NCBI GenBank assembly: GCA_963850305.1
Contig: CAWKKR010000002.1
Span: 32,001 to 96,000 of the forward strand
Length of the DNA stretch: 64,000 nt
DNA from: an uncultured delta proteobacterium
GTDB lineage: Bacteria > Myxococcota_A > Polyangia > Polyangiales > Polyangiaceae
Reading direction: 5' to 3'
Shown here: piece by piece, positions 10,060 to 20,317 of the stretch
How positions within the stretch are numbered: the stretch's first letter is position 1
Layout of the letters: each line of letters starts with the position of its first letter
The notes under the pieces: model-generated
Seen by the model: only the letters and a program-made list of their open reading frames with translations
Told to the model about the DNA's origin: nothing
Databases searched by the model: none
Position numbers and translations under genes: made by a program

Positions 10060-13000
10060 ATGATCCAGCGGCTCGTGGAGCTGGCGCTCAAGATGCCGGC
10101 CATCGTCGCGGTCCTGGCGCTCGCGTGTCTCTTCGGAGGACTCTACTGCTACGAGAATCTCGACATCGAGGCCTACCCCAATCCGGTGGCGCCCATGATC
10201 GAGCTCATCACGCAGCCCAACGGCTGGTCTGCAGAGGAGGTCGAGCGCTACGTCACGGTGAAGCTGGAGGTCGGTCTATCGGGGATGGTGCACCTCGACC
10301 ACATCCGCTCGGAGTCGCTCTTCGGCCTGTCGGACGTGAAGTGCTACTTCACCTGGGATATCCCCTACAAGGAGGCGAAGCAGGAGGTGCTCAACCGCCT
10401 GCAGTTCATCCAGATACCGGATGGCCTCCAGCCGCAGCTCTCGCCGTGGAACGCCATCGGGGAGATCTTCCGCTACCGGGTCGTCGGCAAGGGTTACTCC
10501 CTCACCGATCTCAAGACGGCCGAGGACTGGATCCTCGAGAGGCAGTTTCGCCAGGTGCCGGGCGTCATCGACGTGGTCGGCTTCGGCGGACTGACGAAGG
10601 AGTATCACGTCGAGGTCGACCCTTCGGAGCTGAACGGGCAACACCTCACGATCAACCAGCTGACGGACGCGCTCGCTGCCGCCAACCGGAACGTCGGGGG
10701 TCAGCGCGTGACTCTCGGTCAGCAGTCGTTCGACGTGCGCGGGCTCGGGCTCATCAAGTCGCTCGGGGACATCCGCGAGGTCGTGGTGGGAGAGACCAAC
10801 GGCGTGCCCGTGCGTGTTCGAGAGATCGCGCACGTCTTGATCGGCCACTCGCCGCGGCTCGGCCTCGTCGGCAGGGATCTCGATCCCGACATCGTGCAGG
10901 GCGTCGTGCTCATGCGCTACGGCGGCGACACGCTCAAGACCATCGAGGGCGTGCACGAGCGGGTGGATTACATCCGCAAGTATCACCTCCTGCCGCCGGG
11001 GATGGACATCGAGCCTTACTACGACCGCTCGGCGCTCGTGGAGCTGACCACTCACACGGTCATCGAGAATCTGCTCGTCGGTATGTTGCTCGTGACGGGG
11101 ATGCTGTGGCTGTTCCTCGGGCACGCACGGGCCGCGTTGATCACGGCCGTCAATATCCCGCTGGCGCTGATGATCGCGTTCATCGGCATGGTGACCACGG
11201 GGACGCCCGCCAACCTGATCTCGCTCGGCGCCGTCGACTTCGGCATCGTCGTCGACTCGACGGTGATCATGGTCGAGAACATTTTCCGCCACCTCGGACC
11301 CGAAGGGCAGGGCAAAATCAAGGAGCGCATCGTCGAGGCGGCCGAGGACGTCGCGCCGTCGATGCTGTTTTCCACGCTCATCATCGGAACGGCCTTCATC
11401 CCGCTGTTCACGCTGACCGGCGTGGCCGGCGTCATCTTCTCGCCGATGGCGCACACGTACGCGTTCGCCATCGGCGGCGCCATGTTCCTGGCCGTCACGC
11501 TCACACCCGTGCTCGCGTCCCGCGGTCTGGCCGTCATGGCCGCGGGCCACGAGGAGGCGAACTGGTTGATGCGCGCGCTGAACCGGGTCTACGTGCCGCT
11601 GTTCGCCTTCGCGATCCGCCGCAGGCGGCTGGCGGTCCTGATCGCGGCCGTACCCGTCATCGTCATCTTCGCGCTGAGCTCGGCGATGGGGCGCGAGTTC
11701 ATGCCCAAGCTCGAGGAAGGCAATTTCTGGATCCGTGCGACGCTACCCATGTCGGTATCGCTCGAGCAGGCCGCCAAGTACGTCGGGCGCATGCGCGCGA
11801 TCGTGCTCGGCTGTCCGAACGAGGGCGCGGGCGGCGCCGCCCAGTGCGACGACGCGCACCGCAGTCATCCGGAGCTGACGACCGTCGTCTCGCAACTCGG
11901 ACGCCCCGACGACGGTACCGATGTCTCGGGTTTTTACAATATCGAGCTGTTCGCGCCCCTCAAGCCCAACAGTGAGTGGCGTCACGGTCTGACCAAGGAG
12001 AGCATGACGAGGGAGCTGTCGAAGGAGCTCGTCGCCGCTTTTCCGGGCGTCACCTTCAACTTCTCGCAGGCGATCAGCGACAACGTCGAAGAGGCCATGT
12101 CGGGCGTCAAGGGCGAGAACACCGTCAAGGTCATCGGGCCCGACCTGTCGACCAACGAGGCCATCGGCTCCAGGATCCAGGACATCCTCGCGACCGTGCC
12201 CGGCATCGAGGATCTCGGGATGTTTCACTCGCTCGGGCAGCCGAGCGTGCTCATCACGCCCGACCGGGCAGCGTGCGGCCGCTACGGGGTCAACGTCGGC
12301 GACGTCGAGCAGGTGGTGCAGACGGCCATCGGCGGCCAGGCGGTCACGCAGGTTTACGAGGGCGAGAAGTCTTTCGATCTCACCGTTCGCTGGATGCCCG
12401 AGTTCCGGAAGGACCCGCAGGAGATGCGCGATTCTCCTGATCCCGACACCCGGCGGCGGCAGCGTGCCCCTCGGGCAGTTGGCGCGCCTGCAGATCAAGG
12501 ATGGTCCGTCGCTCGTCTACCGCGAGGACGTGCGCCGCTACACGCCGGTGAAGTTCTCCGTACGCGGGCGCGATCTGGCCTCGACGATAAGGGAGGCGCA
12601 GGAGAAGATCCGCGCACAGGTGAAGCTGCCCTACGACACGCACCTCGAATGGGCGGGCGAGATCAACCAGCTCAACGAGACGACCGGGCGCCTCGCCATC
12701 ATCATCCCGCTGACGTTGCTGCTCATTGCGTTCCTGGTCTACTCGTCGGTCAAGAACTGGCGGGACATGGTCGTCGTGCTCGCCGGCATCCCGTGCGCGT
12801 GCTCCGGGGGCGTGGTGGCTCTACTCATCACCCACACGACTTTCTCGATCTCCGCGGCGATGGGCTTCATCTCGATCTTCGGCGTTGCGATTCAGGACGC
12901 GCTGATCGTCGTGCCCTACGCGCAGCGGTTGTGGAAGGAGGGCGTCGAGCTCGAGAAGGGCGCGCAGCTGGCCGCCGAGCGCGGCCTGCGACCGGTGTTG

Positions 13001-13186
13001 ATGACCACGTTCGTGGCCATGATCGGCCTGCTGCCCGCCGCCCTGTCGCATGGCATCGGCTCGGAAACGCAAAAGCCGCTGGCCATCGTCGTCATCGGTG
13101 GCGCGCTCGTGCTGGCGATCTTGCCGCGCCTGCTGCAGCCGGCGCTGATGGTGTTGCTCCACAGGCGCGCCGCGACGACGGCGTGA
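10060..13186 (+). CDS. CusA/CzcA-family heavy-metal efflux RND permease, one frameshift near 12433
   Basis: EAYPN, ANLISLGAVDFGIVVD, EFMPKLEEG; frame continues in ORF 12464..13186 (RPVLMT, GSETQKPLAIVVIGG). Confidence 0.92.
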
Positions 13187-13194
13187 ACCCCGTC

Positions 13195-14241
13195 TCAGCC
13201 AGGTAACCCGAGCTCGCGCCACCGCAGCATCCCGCCCGAGACGTTCGCGACCCGGGCCACGCCGGCTTTTCGAAGAATGACGGTCGCCAGTCCCGAACGC
13301 TTGCCCGTCTGACAGACGACGACGACGGGCTTGTCGGTCTTCACTTCCGCGGCGCGCTGGCGGAGTTCGTCGAGCGGGATGAGCTGGGCGCCGTCCAGGT
13401 GTCCGAGCTCGCCGTCGAACTCCACGAGACCTCGCACGTCGAGGACGTTCACGGCGTCCCGGTGGCGCGCGACCCACTCGGCGGCGATCTCGTGAAGGCC
13501 CGCGTACGTGGTGACGACCGGGCCCCACTCCGGCGCGGCTGGCGACACCTCGGGCTTCCCGCAGCGCAGGTTCGCGGGCAAGGCGATGTCGAGCTGTCTG
13601 GGGTGCGGAAGCCCGAGGTTTCGCATGTACCCGACGAAGTCCTCCTCGCGGACATCCCCTCCGATGCGCGGATTGTAGCGTCGCTCTTCGCCGATGGTGC
13701 TCGAGGTGCGGCCCTCGTAGTCGTGACCGGGGTATACGGCGCAGCCGTCCGGCAGGGTGAACAGCTCCTCCCGGATCGAGTGGAAGAGGCGATGCGCGTC
13801 TCCTTGCTGAAAATCCGTCCGTCCGGCCCCGCGCACGAGGAGTGCGTCGCCGGTGAAGACGGTGTCGTGGTTCGCCGTCACGAATGCGACGCAGCCGGCC
13901 GTGTGCCCCGGCGTCGCGCGCACCTCGAGCGACTCGACCCCGAAACGAATCCTGTCGCCGGAGACGAGGGGAGTGTCGACGTTCTCGGCTCCGTAGCGGG
14001 GCGAGAGTCCGATACGGCAGCCGAACGCGGTCTTCATGAGCCACGCCCCTGTGACGTGATCCGCGTGACAGTGCGTGTCGAGCACGTGACAGAGACGGAG
14101 CTCGAGCTCCCGGACGAGCGCCGCGTCTCGAGCGTGCTGCTCGAAGACGCAATCGATCAGCACGGCCTCGCGAGTCTGCGCGTCGGCGAGCAGATAGGTG
14201 TAGGTGCTCGAGAGAGCATCGAAGAGCTGGCGGAAGAGCAT
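13195..14241 (-). CDS. Persulfide dioxygenase (ETHE1-like MBL) fused to rhodanese
   Basis: MLFRQLFD..STYTYLL, THCHADH, TPGHT, GRTDFQ, PGHDY; C-terminal rhodanese loop CQTGKRS. Confidence 0.92.
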   Translation of the reverse strand: MLFRQLFDALSSTYTYLLADAQTREAVLIDCVFEQHARDAALVRELELRLCHVLDTHCHADHVTGAWLMKTAFGCRIGLSPRYGAENVDTPLVSGDRIRFGVESLEVRATPGHTAGCVAFVTANHDTVFTGDALLVRGAGRTDFQQGDAHRLFHSIREELFTLPDGCAVYPGHDYEGRTSSTIGEERRYNPRIGGDVREEDFVGYMRNLGLPHPRQLDIALPANLRCGKPEVSPAAPEWGPVVTTYAGLHEIAAEWVARHRDAVNVLDVRGLVEFDGELGHLDGAQLIPLDELRQRAAEVKTDKPVVVVCQTGKRSGLATVILRKAGVARVANVSGGMLRWRELGLPG

Positions 14242-14452
14242 CGGAGCCTTTCATCGCCGCCGCTCGGTCGTCACGGCGGTCGAACGGTCGTTTAGCAGAG
14301 TGGAGCCCGGGCGTGCTCACGAACGGGCCCTAGCCCGAGCCGCCGGTCACACGCGCTTCGTGCGCGTCAGGCTCCGGCGGCCCTTCAGCCGCCGTTGCGA
14401 CCGCCCGGTCGCGAGTTACATGACGTCGCACTTCGCGGCGGAGGGCACGGCC

Positions 14453-15538
14453 ATGCGAGTCTGTCTCAGCGTCTGGTTGATTTGCGGTATCGGGCTCGCG
14501 GCGCAGGCTGCCCGCGCCGAAGAAGGGCATGACGAGCCGGTCCACGTGGTCGAACCCGCTCCGCCGCGTGCGCGTTCGGCGGCGGATGAGCTGGTGCTCG
14601 GAGGGCATTTCTTTCAGCTTCCCGCGCTTCAGCGCTCGCCTTTCATCACGACGTATTTCTCCCTTCGGCAAGGATTTCAGACGATCGACTCTCCCGACGC
14701 GCCCGTGCGCCCCGGGCGAACGTACGGCGTGGATGCACTCGGTGTCGTCGAACGCATCGACGCGGGGTTCGAGTTCTTGAAAGTGCTCCAGCTCACGATC
14801 GGCGTGGATGCGGCGGCGTATTCCGGCAACGGTTTCAAGTCGGTCGTGGTTGGCGGGGCGGGGTACTCGTACAGGGGGCACGTCGGGGCGGGGGCCCGGA
14901 TCTTCCGGGGCTCCTCGACGCAGCTGACGGCCCGGGCCTCGCTCGAAGCGGGGAATGCCGACCAGCTCCAGACGCTCACACTCATCAACGCCCTCATCAC
15001 TCAGCCCCAGCAATCGATCGATCAAATCATCGACGGCACCCTGGGTCGGCTCATCGTGAACAAGGCGAATCGGACGGCGGAGAATCTGTCGTTTCACCTG
15101 GCTCAGAGCTTCGGCCCGGCGCTCGGCCTTCAGTTAGAGGCGGGGCTCGAGCACGCGAACATCGACGTCGAGTTCTTCAGTGAAGCGCTCGCGCGCGCCG
15201 ACGACACCAGTGTCTCCTTCTGGACGCCGGACTTTGCCGTCGCCGTCGGTCTGGACCTGAAGCCCCTCGTCCCGGTGCTTCCGATCTCCGTGATGGGCGA
15301 GTACTCGATCACGAGCGCCCACGCGAGCAGTGACCTGGGGAGTCAGTGGCTCACGACGAGCCAGCGCGCGGGGGTCGGGGTCTACTACTCGGGTCGCCCG
15401 GAGCTGGCTCTCGGTCTCAGTGCATACCGAACGTTCAGCGTCGAAACGACGGAAGGGTTCAATCCGAGCGGGAACGCCCTTCCCGGGGGCCGTCCGAGAA
15501 CCGATACGGTCCTTTTGACGCTCGGATATACCTGGTGA
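14453..15538 (+). CDS. Putative outer-membrane beta-barrel protein
   Basis: Signal peptide (AARA), alternating amphipathic strands, terminal LTLGYTW. Confidence 0.7.
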   Translation: MRVCLSVWLICGIGLAAQAARAEEGHDEPVHVVEPAPPRARSAADELVLGGHFFQLPALQRSPFITTYFSLRQGFQTIDSPDAPVRPGRTYGVDALGVVERIDAGFEFLKVLQLTIGVDAAAYSGNGFKSVVVGGAGYSYRGHVGAGARIFRGSSTQLTARASLEAGNADQLQTLTLINALITQPQQSIDQIIDGTLGRLIVNKANRTAENLSFHLAQSFGPALGLQLEAGLEHANIDVEFFSEALARADDTSVSFWTPDFAVAVGLDLKPLVPVLPISVMGEYSITSAHASSDLGSQWLTTSQRAGVGVYYSGRPELALGLSAYRTFSVETTEGFNPSGNALPGGRPRTDTVLLTLGYTW

Positions 15539-15556
15539 GCTGGTCCGTCCGGGATG

Positions 15557-16618
15557 TCAGAGAAGATCGGGGACCCACGTTCCGCCCGTGCACGAAGGCG
15601 CGGACGGGTTTGCGGCTGTCGCGAGCGCGAAGCCCACGCCGACGCACATCTCCCGCGGGAACTCGATGTCGGCGGTGGTGGGGTTTTGCCAGGTGCAGGT
15701 CGTGCGGATCGTGTCGCCCTGGTGAAGGATGAACGGAGCGTCCACGGGCCAGCCGGTAGTGACCAGGTTGAACTGCATGTCGGACGTCCATCTCGGATCG
15801 TCGTGCATATCTTCGATGGCTCCCGTCCCCGCGCGGATCACCTGGGTCGTCGCGCTGGAGCCGTACTCGTGCATGTGGTTCGCCATCATGAGAAACTGGA
15901 CGTCCGACTGAGCCACGCACTCGGTGCTCGACGTGGTGGTCTCCGCCGGCAAGATATCGAAGCCCAAGTTCAGATTGACGAACATCGCGGCGATCTTGCG
16001 GGTCGGGTCCACCGGTGCAAACTCGATGTCGAGGACGGAGTTCCCGTCGATCGTGTCCTCGCCGGTGTTCAGATAGTGAACGTTCAACATGACGCCGTTC
16101 CCCTTCTTCAGGCGGAACGCCACGCCGGCAGGCAGGGCCGCAACGTTGCCGCCGCCCGTCCCGCCGCCGACGCCCCCGAGATATGCCCCCAGGGCGAGGT
16201 CGGTCGAGTCGGAGCCTGCGTCGGAGGACGCGCCGCCATCCGCGGAGGCCCCGGAGCCCGATGTGAACTCGGTGCCCATGCAGGGGAAGCTGGTGCCGAG
16301 CTTCACGGACGTGTCCGAGAAGGAGAACGCGACCGCGTGGTGCCCGTATTTCGACTGGTAGCCCCCCACGTCGAGCACGTCCACGTCGTGATCGAACGGA
16401 GCCATGAGGTACTGGCAATAGGTGACGTCGCCGCCCGGTGGGATGTTCGGAACCGTCACTGCCGTCAGTCGCGTGTAGCCGGCGGGGGCGGGAGGAGGAT
16501 CGAACGTGTTGCTAACAGAGGTGGTCGTCTGGGCGGACGAGCTGCTCGATTGCTGTCCGGAGCCACAGGCGACGAGCGCCGGCAGACCGAGGGCCAATGA
16601 AAGGAACGCGTAGCGCAT
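15557..16618 (-). CDS. Copper type II ascorbate-dependent monooxygenase-like (PHM/DBH fold) lipoprotein
   Basis: LVAC lipobox; GHH, NVHYLN, NHMH, EMC copper-ligand motifs. Confidence 0.82.
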   Translation of the reverse strand: MRYAFLSLALGLPALVACGSGQQSSSSSAQTTTSVSNTFDPPPAPAGYTRLTAVTVPNIPPGGDVTYCQYLMAPFDHDVDVLDVGGYQSKYGHHAVAFSFSDTSVKLGTSFPCMGTEFTSGSGASADGGASSDAGSDSTDLALGAYLGGVGGGTGGGNVAALPAGVAFRLKKGNGVMLNVHYLNTGEDTIDGNSVLDIEFAPVDPTRKIAAMFVNLNLGFDILPAETTTSSTECVAQSDVQFLMMANHMHEYGSSATTQVIRAGTGAIEDMHDDPRWTSDMQFNLVTTGWPVDAPFILHQGDTIRTTCTWQNPTTADIEFPREMCVGVGFALATAANPSAPSCTGGTWVPDLL

Positions 16619-16814
16619 GGCGAGACTCTTCCGCCAACCGACCGCAATTTCTCAATGTGAACGTCTCTGACCCGTATCGCAAGAATACTCACGCCGGGGA
16701 TCGAGAACCGCGGTCGAAAACGACTGGAGCAGCTGGAATTTTCCCGGCACACGGGCGCAAAGCGGCTCGTCGAGGCGGGCGCAACGCGGGGAGGGGCGAG
16801 AGCGGTTCAGACCA

Positions 16815-17609
16815 CTAATGCCGCCGCCCGTGACTGTATGGCACCTTGACGACCGACATCGAGGACGGAGAGCCAGGGCGCGCGAAACCTGCCGAGCGGC
16901 GCGCGGTCGTCCTGGATCGGGCGCCGTACGCGTAGCCGCCGTACCCGTAGCCATAGCCGTAGCCGTAATAATCCGACGACGCCCATTCTGCGCGGGCGTT
17001 CGCTTCGGCCTCAGCGTCTGCCTGCTCCGCAGCGAGCTCTGCGTCGTGCGCGTCGGCCTCGGCTGCCGCGGCGTCGCGGTTCTCCGCGGCGACGCGCGCG
17101 CGCTCCGACTCGTCGAGGGCGTGCGCCTGAGCCGGGCTCATCCACTGACCATCCCGCTGGACGTAGCCCTTGCTGCGCATCAGCTGTTCCCGCGTCGTCC
17201 AGCCGCCGTCGGTCTTCACGAAGCCGAGCCGAGCGCGCGCCGCGGCGTTGTTGGAATCGATGCCGATGACCTCGAGCAAGAGCTGGTGCTCGCGCGAGCG
17301 CATGTCGTGATTGCGACAGTAGTCGGCGAGCGCGAGACGCGACGGGACGTCCTTCGGCCCGAGCACGGCGTACTTCGACTCGAACACACCGACGAGCGAT
17401 TGCGTCTTCTCGATCCGCTCGACCGAGTCCGCGGGGAGGGAGATCTCGCCGGACTCGAGCTCCACGACGACCTTGTCGCCGTGGCGAGAGGCTTTGCCTT
17501 CGATGGTGGTTCCGCCGGTGAGGACGACTTTGTCCGCGAAGGCGGGCACCGCGAACACGAGCGCGCCGAGAAACGTGGCCGCGACGAGGAGGCTGGGACG
17601 CACCGACAT
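16815..17609 (-). CDS. Secreted hypothetical protein with a GY-repeat tail
   Basis: Signal peptide (AFA-DKVVL), helical middle, YYGYGYGYGYGGY. Confidence 0.75.
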   Translation of the reverse strand: MSVRPSLLVAATFLGALVFAVPAFADKVVLTGGTTIEGKASRHGDKVVVELESGEISLPADSVERIEKTQSLVGVFESKYAVLGPKDVPSRLALADYCRNHDMRSREHQLLLEVIGIDSNNAAARARLGFVKTDGGWTTREQLMRSKGYVQRDGQWMSPAQAHALDESERARVAAENRDAAAAEADAHDAELAAEQADAEAEANARAEWASSDYYGYGYGYGYGGYAYGARSRTTARRSAGFARPGSPSSMSVVKVPYSHGRRH

Positions 17610-17808
17610 AACTCCCACTGGGGTCAGCTAGATTATTTCCCGTCCGCGCCCCGCCCGCCAGGGGCTTGTGGAAAAGGCTCGCCGGGGCATGCGCTCAACC
17701 TCGGCGTCCCCGCCCGGAACCCGCATCGCCCGCCGGAGGCGCGATTGAGAGTGGCGCAGGGTCCGCCGAGGTGCCCAAATGCAAGCGGCGTGCTAGGCTC
17801 CGGGGTGG

Positions 17809-18045
17809 ATGTCGCCCGAGGAAGAGAGACGCGCGGCCCGCAGTCGATGGACGGTGGAGACATTCGAACTGGGCGAGGCTTCGGAGGATGCAGATGTCCT
17901 CTATTGGGCATCCATCCCCCTCGATCGGCGTGCACGCGCGGTATGGGACGTGAGTCTGGAGACCTGGTCGCTCATCGACCCAGACGTGTTGGATGAACCC
18001 GGACTTTGTCGATCTTTTTCGCGCGTTGTCCGAAGCGCGCGTTGA
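17809..18045 (+). CDS. Small protein, putative antitoxin-like partner of the nucleotidyltransferase
   Basis: 78 aa; overlaps the downstream gene; extended -10 TGnTAGGCT upstream. Confidence 0.65.
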   Translation: MSPEEERRAARSRWTVETFELGEASEDADVLYWASIPLDRRARAVWDVSLETWSLIDPDVLDEPGLCRSFSRVVRSAR

Positions 18046-18469
18046 GTTCCTGGTTGTCGGCGCGTACGCGGTGGGCATCCATGGCCACCCGCGCGCCACC
18101 AAGGATCTCGACGTGTGGGTGCGCGCCACGCCGGAGAATGCCGAAAAGGTCATCGCCGCCCTCCGCGCTTTCGGGGCACCATTGGGCGACCTCACGGGGG
18201 CGGACCTCGCGACGCCTGGGACGGGGTTCAAGATGGGCGTTGCGCCTCGCCGGATCGACATCCTGACGAAGATCTCGGGCATCGATTTCGACGCGGCGTG
18301 GCCGGGGCGAGAGCAAGCAGAGTTCGGCGACGGGGTCCGGGCGAACGTGATCGGCCGGGACGATTTGATTGCGAACAAGCGCGCTGCCGGGCGTCCGCAA
18401 GACCTCGCAGACGTCGCTTTCCTGGAGCGCCTCGAGCGGCTGGAGCACGCGGGAAAGCGAGGAGAGTGA
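17993..18469 (+). CDS. Nucleotidyltransferase-fold protein (DUF6036-like)
   Basis: VVGAYAVGIHG.PRATKDLDVWV, RIDIL, LIANKRAAGRPQDLADV. Confidence 0.85.
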   Translation: MNPDFVDLFRALSEARVEFLVVGAYAVGIHGHPRATKDLDVWVRATPENAEKVIAALRAFGAPLGDLTGADLATPGTGFKMGVAPRRIDILTKISGIDFDAAWPGREQAEFGDGVRANVIGRDDLIANKRAAGRPQDLADVAFLERLERLEHAGKRGE

Positions 18470-18663
18470 CGGCACCGTCGCAGCCGACATGGGGCCCGCG
18501 TCCGGCTGTTGGCGGCCCGCTCCCGCTCGCGGGAGCCGCGCTCCGCGCGGCGTTCTAGCGCGACTCAATGCTCCCCACCGCCGCAGCCGGCGGCTTCAGG
18601 TGGACCTGGGTGCGGCATCCGCCGGCACTGGCATATCGCGCGCGAGGCCCTAGGGTGTTCGCC

Positions 18664-19743
18664 ATGCGATACAACCTTCTCGGCAATACGGGTCTTTACG
18701 TATCGGAGCTTTGCCTTGGCGCCATGACGTTCGGCGGCGGGAGCGGCATGTGGCAAGCGATCGGCCGGCTCGGAGAGCAGGAATCTCGCGCGCTCGTCTC
18801 GGCCGCGTTCGACGCGGGCGTCAACTTCATCGACACGGCCGACGTCTACTCCGAGGGCGACAGCGAGCGGCTCGTCGGCGCTGCGCTCAAAGCCATCAAT
18901 CGCCCTCGCGAACAGGTCGTCGTCGCGACGAAGGTCCGCGGCCGCGCCGGCGCGGGCGTGAATCAAGTCGGTCTGTCGCGCGCGCACATCCTGTCGAGCA
19001 TCGACGGAAGCCTCCGCCGCCTCGGTCTCGACCACGTCGATCTCTACCAGATCCACGGCTTCGATCCGGCGACGCCCATCGAAGAAACGGTGCGCGCGCT
19101 CGATGACGTGGTCCGCTCGGGCAAGGCCCGTTACCTCGGCTTCAGCAATCTGCCAGCCTGGGTCGCGTCCCACGCCATCACGTTCGCGGAAGAGAACGGC
19201 CTCGCTCGCTTTCAGAGCGCGCAAGTCTATTACTCCATCGCCGGCCGTGACATCGAGCGGGAAATCGCGCCGATGTGCCAGGCGCGCCGTCTCGCCATCA
19301 TGCCTTGGAGCCCGCTCGCCGGGGGTCTGCTCTCCGGCAAGTTCGACCCGGAAAAGAAAGGGCCGTCGGACGCGCGCCGCTCGTCCTTCGATTTCCCACC
19401 CGTGAACATGGAGCGCCTGCCGCACGTCCTCACGGCGCTCCGGAGCGTCGCGGAAAGCACCGGCGCCTCCGTGGCGCGCGTCGCGCTCGCGTGGCAACTG
19501 ACGAAGCCGTTCGTCACGAGCATCATCATCGGCGCGAAGAAGCCCGAGCAGCTCGCCGACAATCTCGCCGCCACGACGCTTGAGCTCTCGACCGAGCACG
19601 TGAAGCTCCTCGACGACGCGAGCGCCTTGCCTCTCGAGTACCCCGGATGGATGGTGGCCTTTCAGAATTCACGCGACCCACGCGGGTCCGCGAGCGCGCC
19701 GACGGAAGCGCAGATCCGGGCCGCGGCCGGGCGGGTCAAGTAG
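18664..19743 (+). CDS. Aldo/keto reductase
   Basis: LGNTGLYVSELCLGAMTFG, DTADVYS, ATK, DLYQIH, WSPLAGGLLSGK. Confidence 0.95.
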   Translation: MRYNLLGNTGLYVSELCLGAMTFGGGSGMWQAIGRLGEQESRALVSAAFDAGVNFIDTADVYSEGDSERLVGAALKAINRPREQVVVATKVRGRAGAGVNQVGLSRAHILSSIDGSLRRLGLDHVDLYQIHGFDPATPIEETVRALDDVVRSGKARYLGFSNLPAWVASHAITFAEENGLARFQSAQVYYSIAGRDIEREIAPMCQARRLAIMPWSPLAGGLLSGKFDPEKKGPSDARRSSFDFPPVNMERLPHVLTALRSVAESTGASVARVALAWQLTKPFVTSIIIGAKKPEQLADNLAATTLELSTEHVKLLDDASALPLEYPGWMVAFQNSRDPRGSASAPTEAQIRAAAGRVK

Positions 19744-19795
19744 CGTCCTAGGTCAAGCAAGCGCGCTCTCGGCGTCCACCGCGCGATCCGGCCCG

Positions 19796-20131
19796 TCACA
19801 TCCCCGGTATCGGCATGATCTCGACGACCTCGATGAACCCGTCCGGCATCATGAAATGCGGATGCCCCTTCAGCGTCTCCGCGAGTGCTTCCTTCGACTC
19901 CGCTTGCAGAACCGAATAGCCGCCGAGATCGTTCGTCGTCGGCGCGGCCCCGCCCTTGTTCACGCGCAGGCTCTTCCCGAGCGGCGCGCCCATGTCGACG
20001 ATCGACGGTCCCGCCTTCTTGGCCCACGTCATCCACGCGTCCATTCCGGCCTTCTGCTGTTCCGGCGTCGACATTTGCATCTGCTCGAACCCCGACGACG
20101 GTGCCTTGTACAGAACGAGAAATTTCTTCAC
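19796..20131 (-). CDS. YCII-related small protein
   Basis: KFLVLY, WMTW, DMGAPLG, GGYSVLQAES, HPH, IEVVE; GTG start. Confidence 0.75.
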   Translation of the reverse strand: MKKFLVLYKAPSSGFEQMQMSTPEQQKAGMDAWMTWAKKAGPSIVDMGAPLGKSLRVNKGGAAPTTNDLGGYSVLQAESKEALAETLKGHPHFMMPDGFIEVVEIMPIPGM

Positions 20132-20317
20132 GGCAGACCCTCTTTCCAAGCATCCGCGAACGGCGAACGCGCGCCGCATCATGCATCGTGAAAGGCCTCG
20201 ATGCCAGGGCCGCCGCTACGCCCGCGATCATGCGCTCCACGGAGCGCCGAGATCGAAGACGTCTCCCTTCGTGGAAAGGACGTCGCGCGGCGTGGGGAAA
20301 GGCCGACCCGCGGACTC

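Noticed and set aside
10020..11975. 651-aa Arg-rich alternative-frame ORF (similar cases at 321..1328, 40093..41805, 51370..52950)
   Set aside because: Off-frame or antisense products of GC3 bias overlapping well-supported genes
12425..12445. Possible programmed frameshift in cusA
   Set aside because: No slippery run; a single extra base explains it, and similar indels occur elsewhere in the window
17686..17776. ACCTCGGCG / CGCCGAGGT inverted repeat as a possible RNA element
   Set aside because: Short GC-rich match that is plausible by chance; no recognisable riboswitch motif
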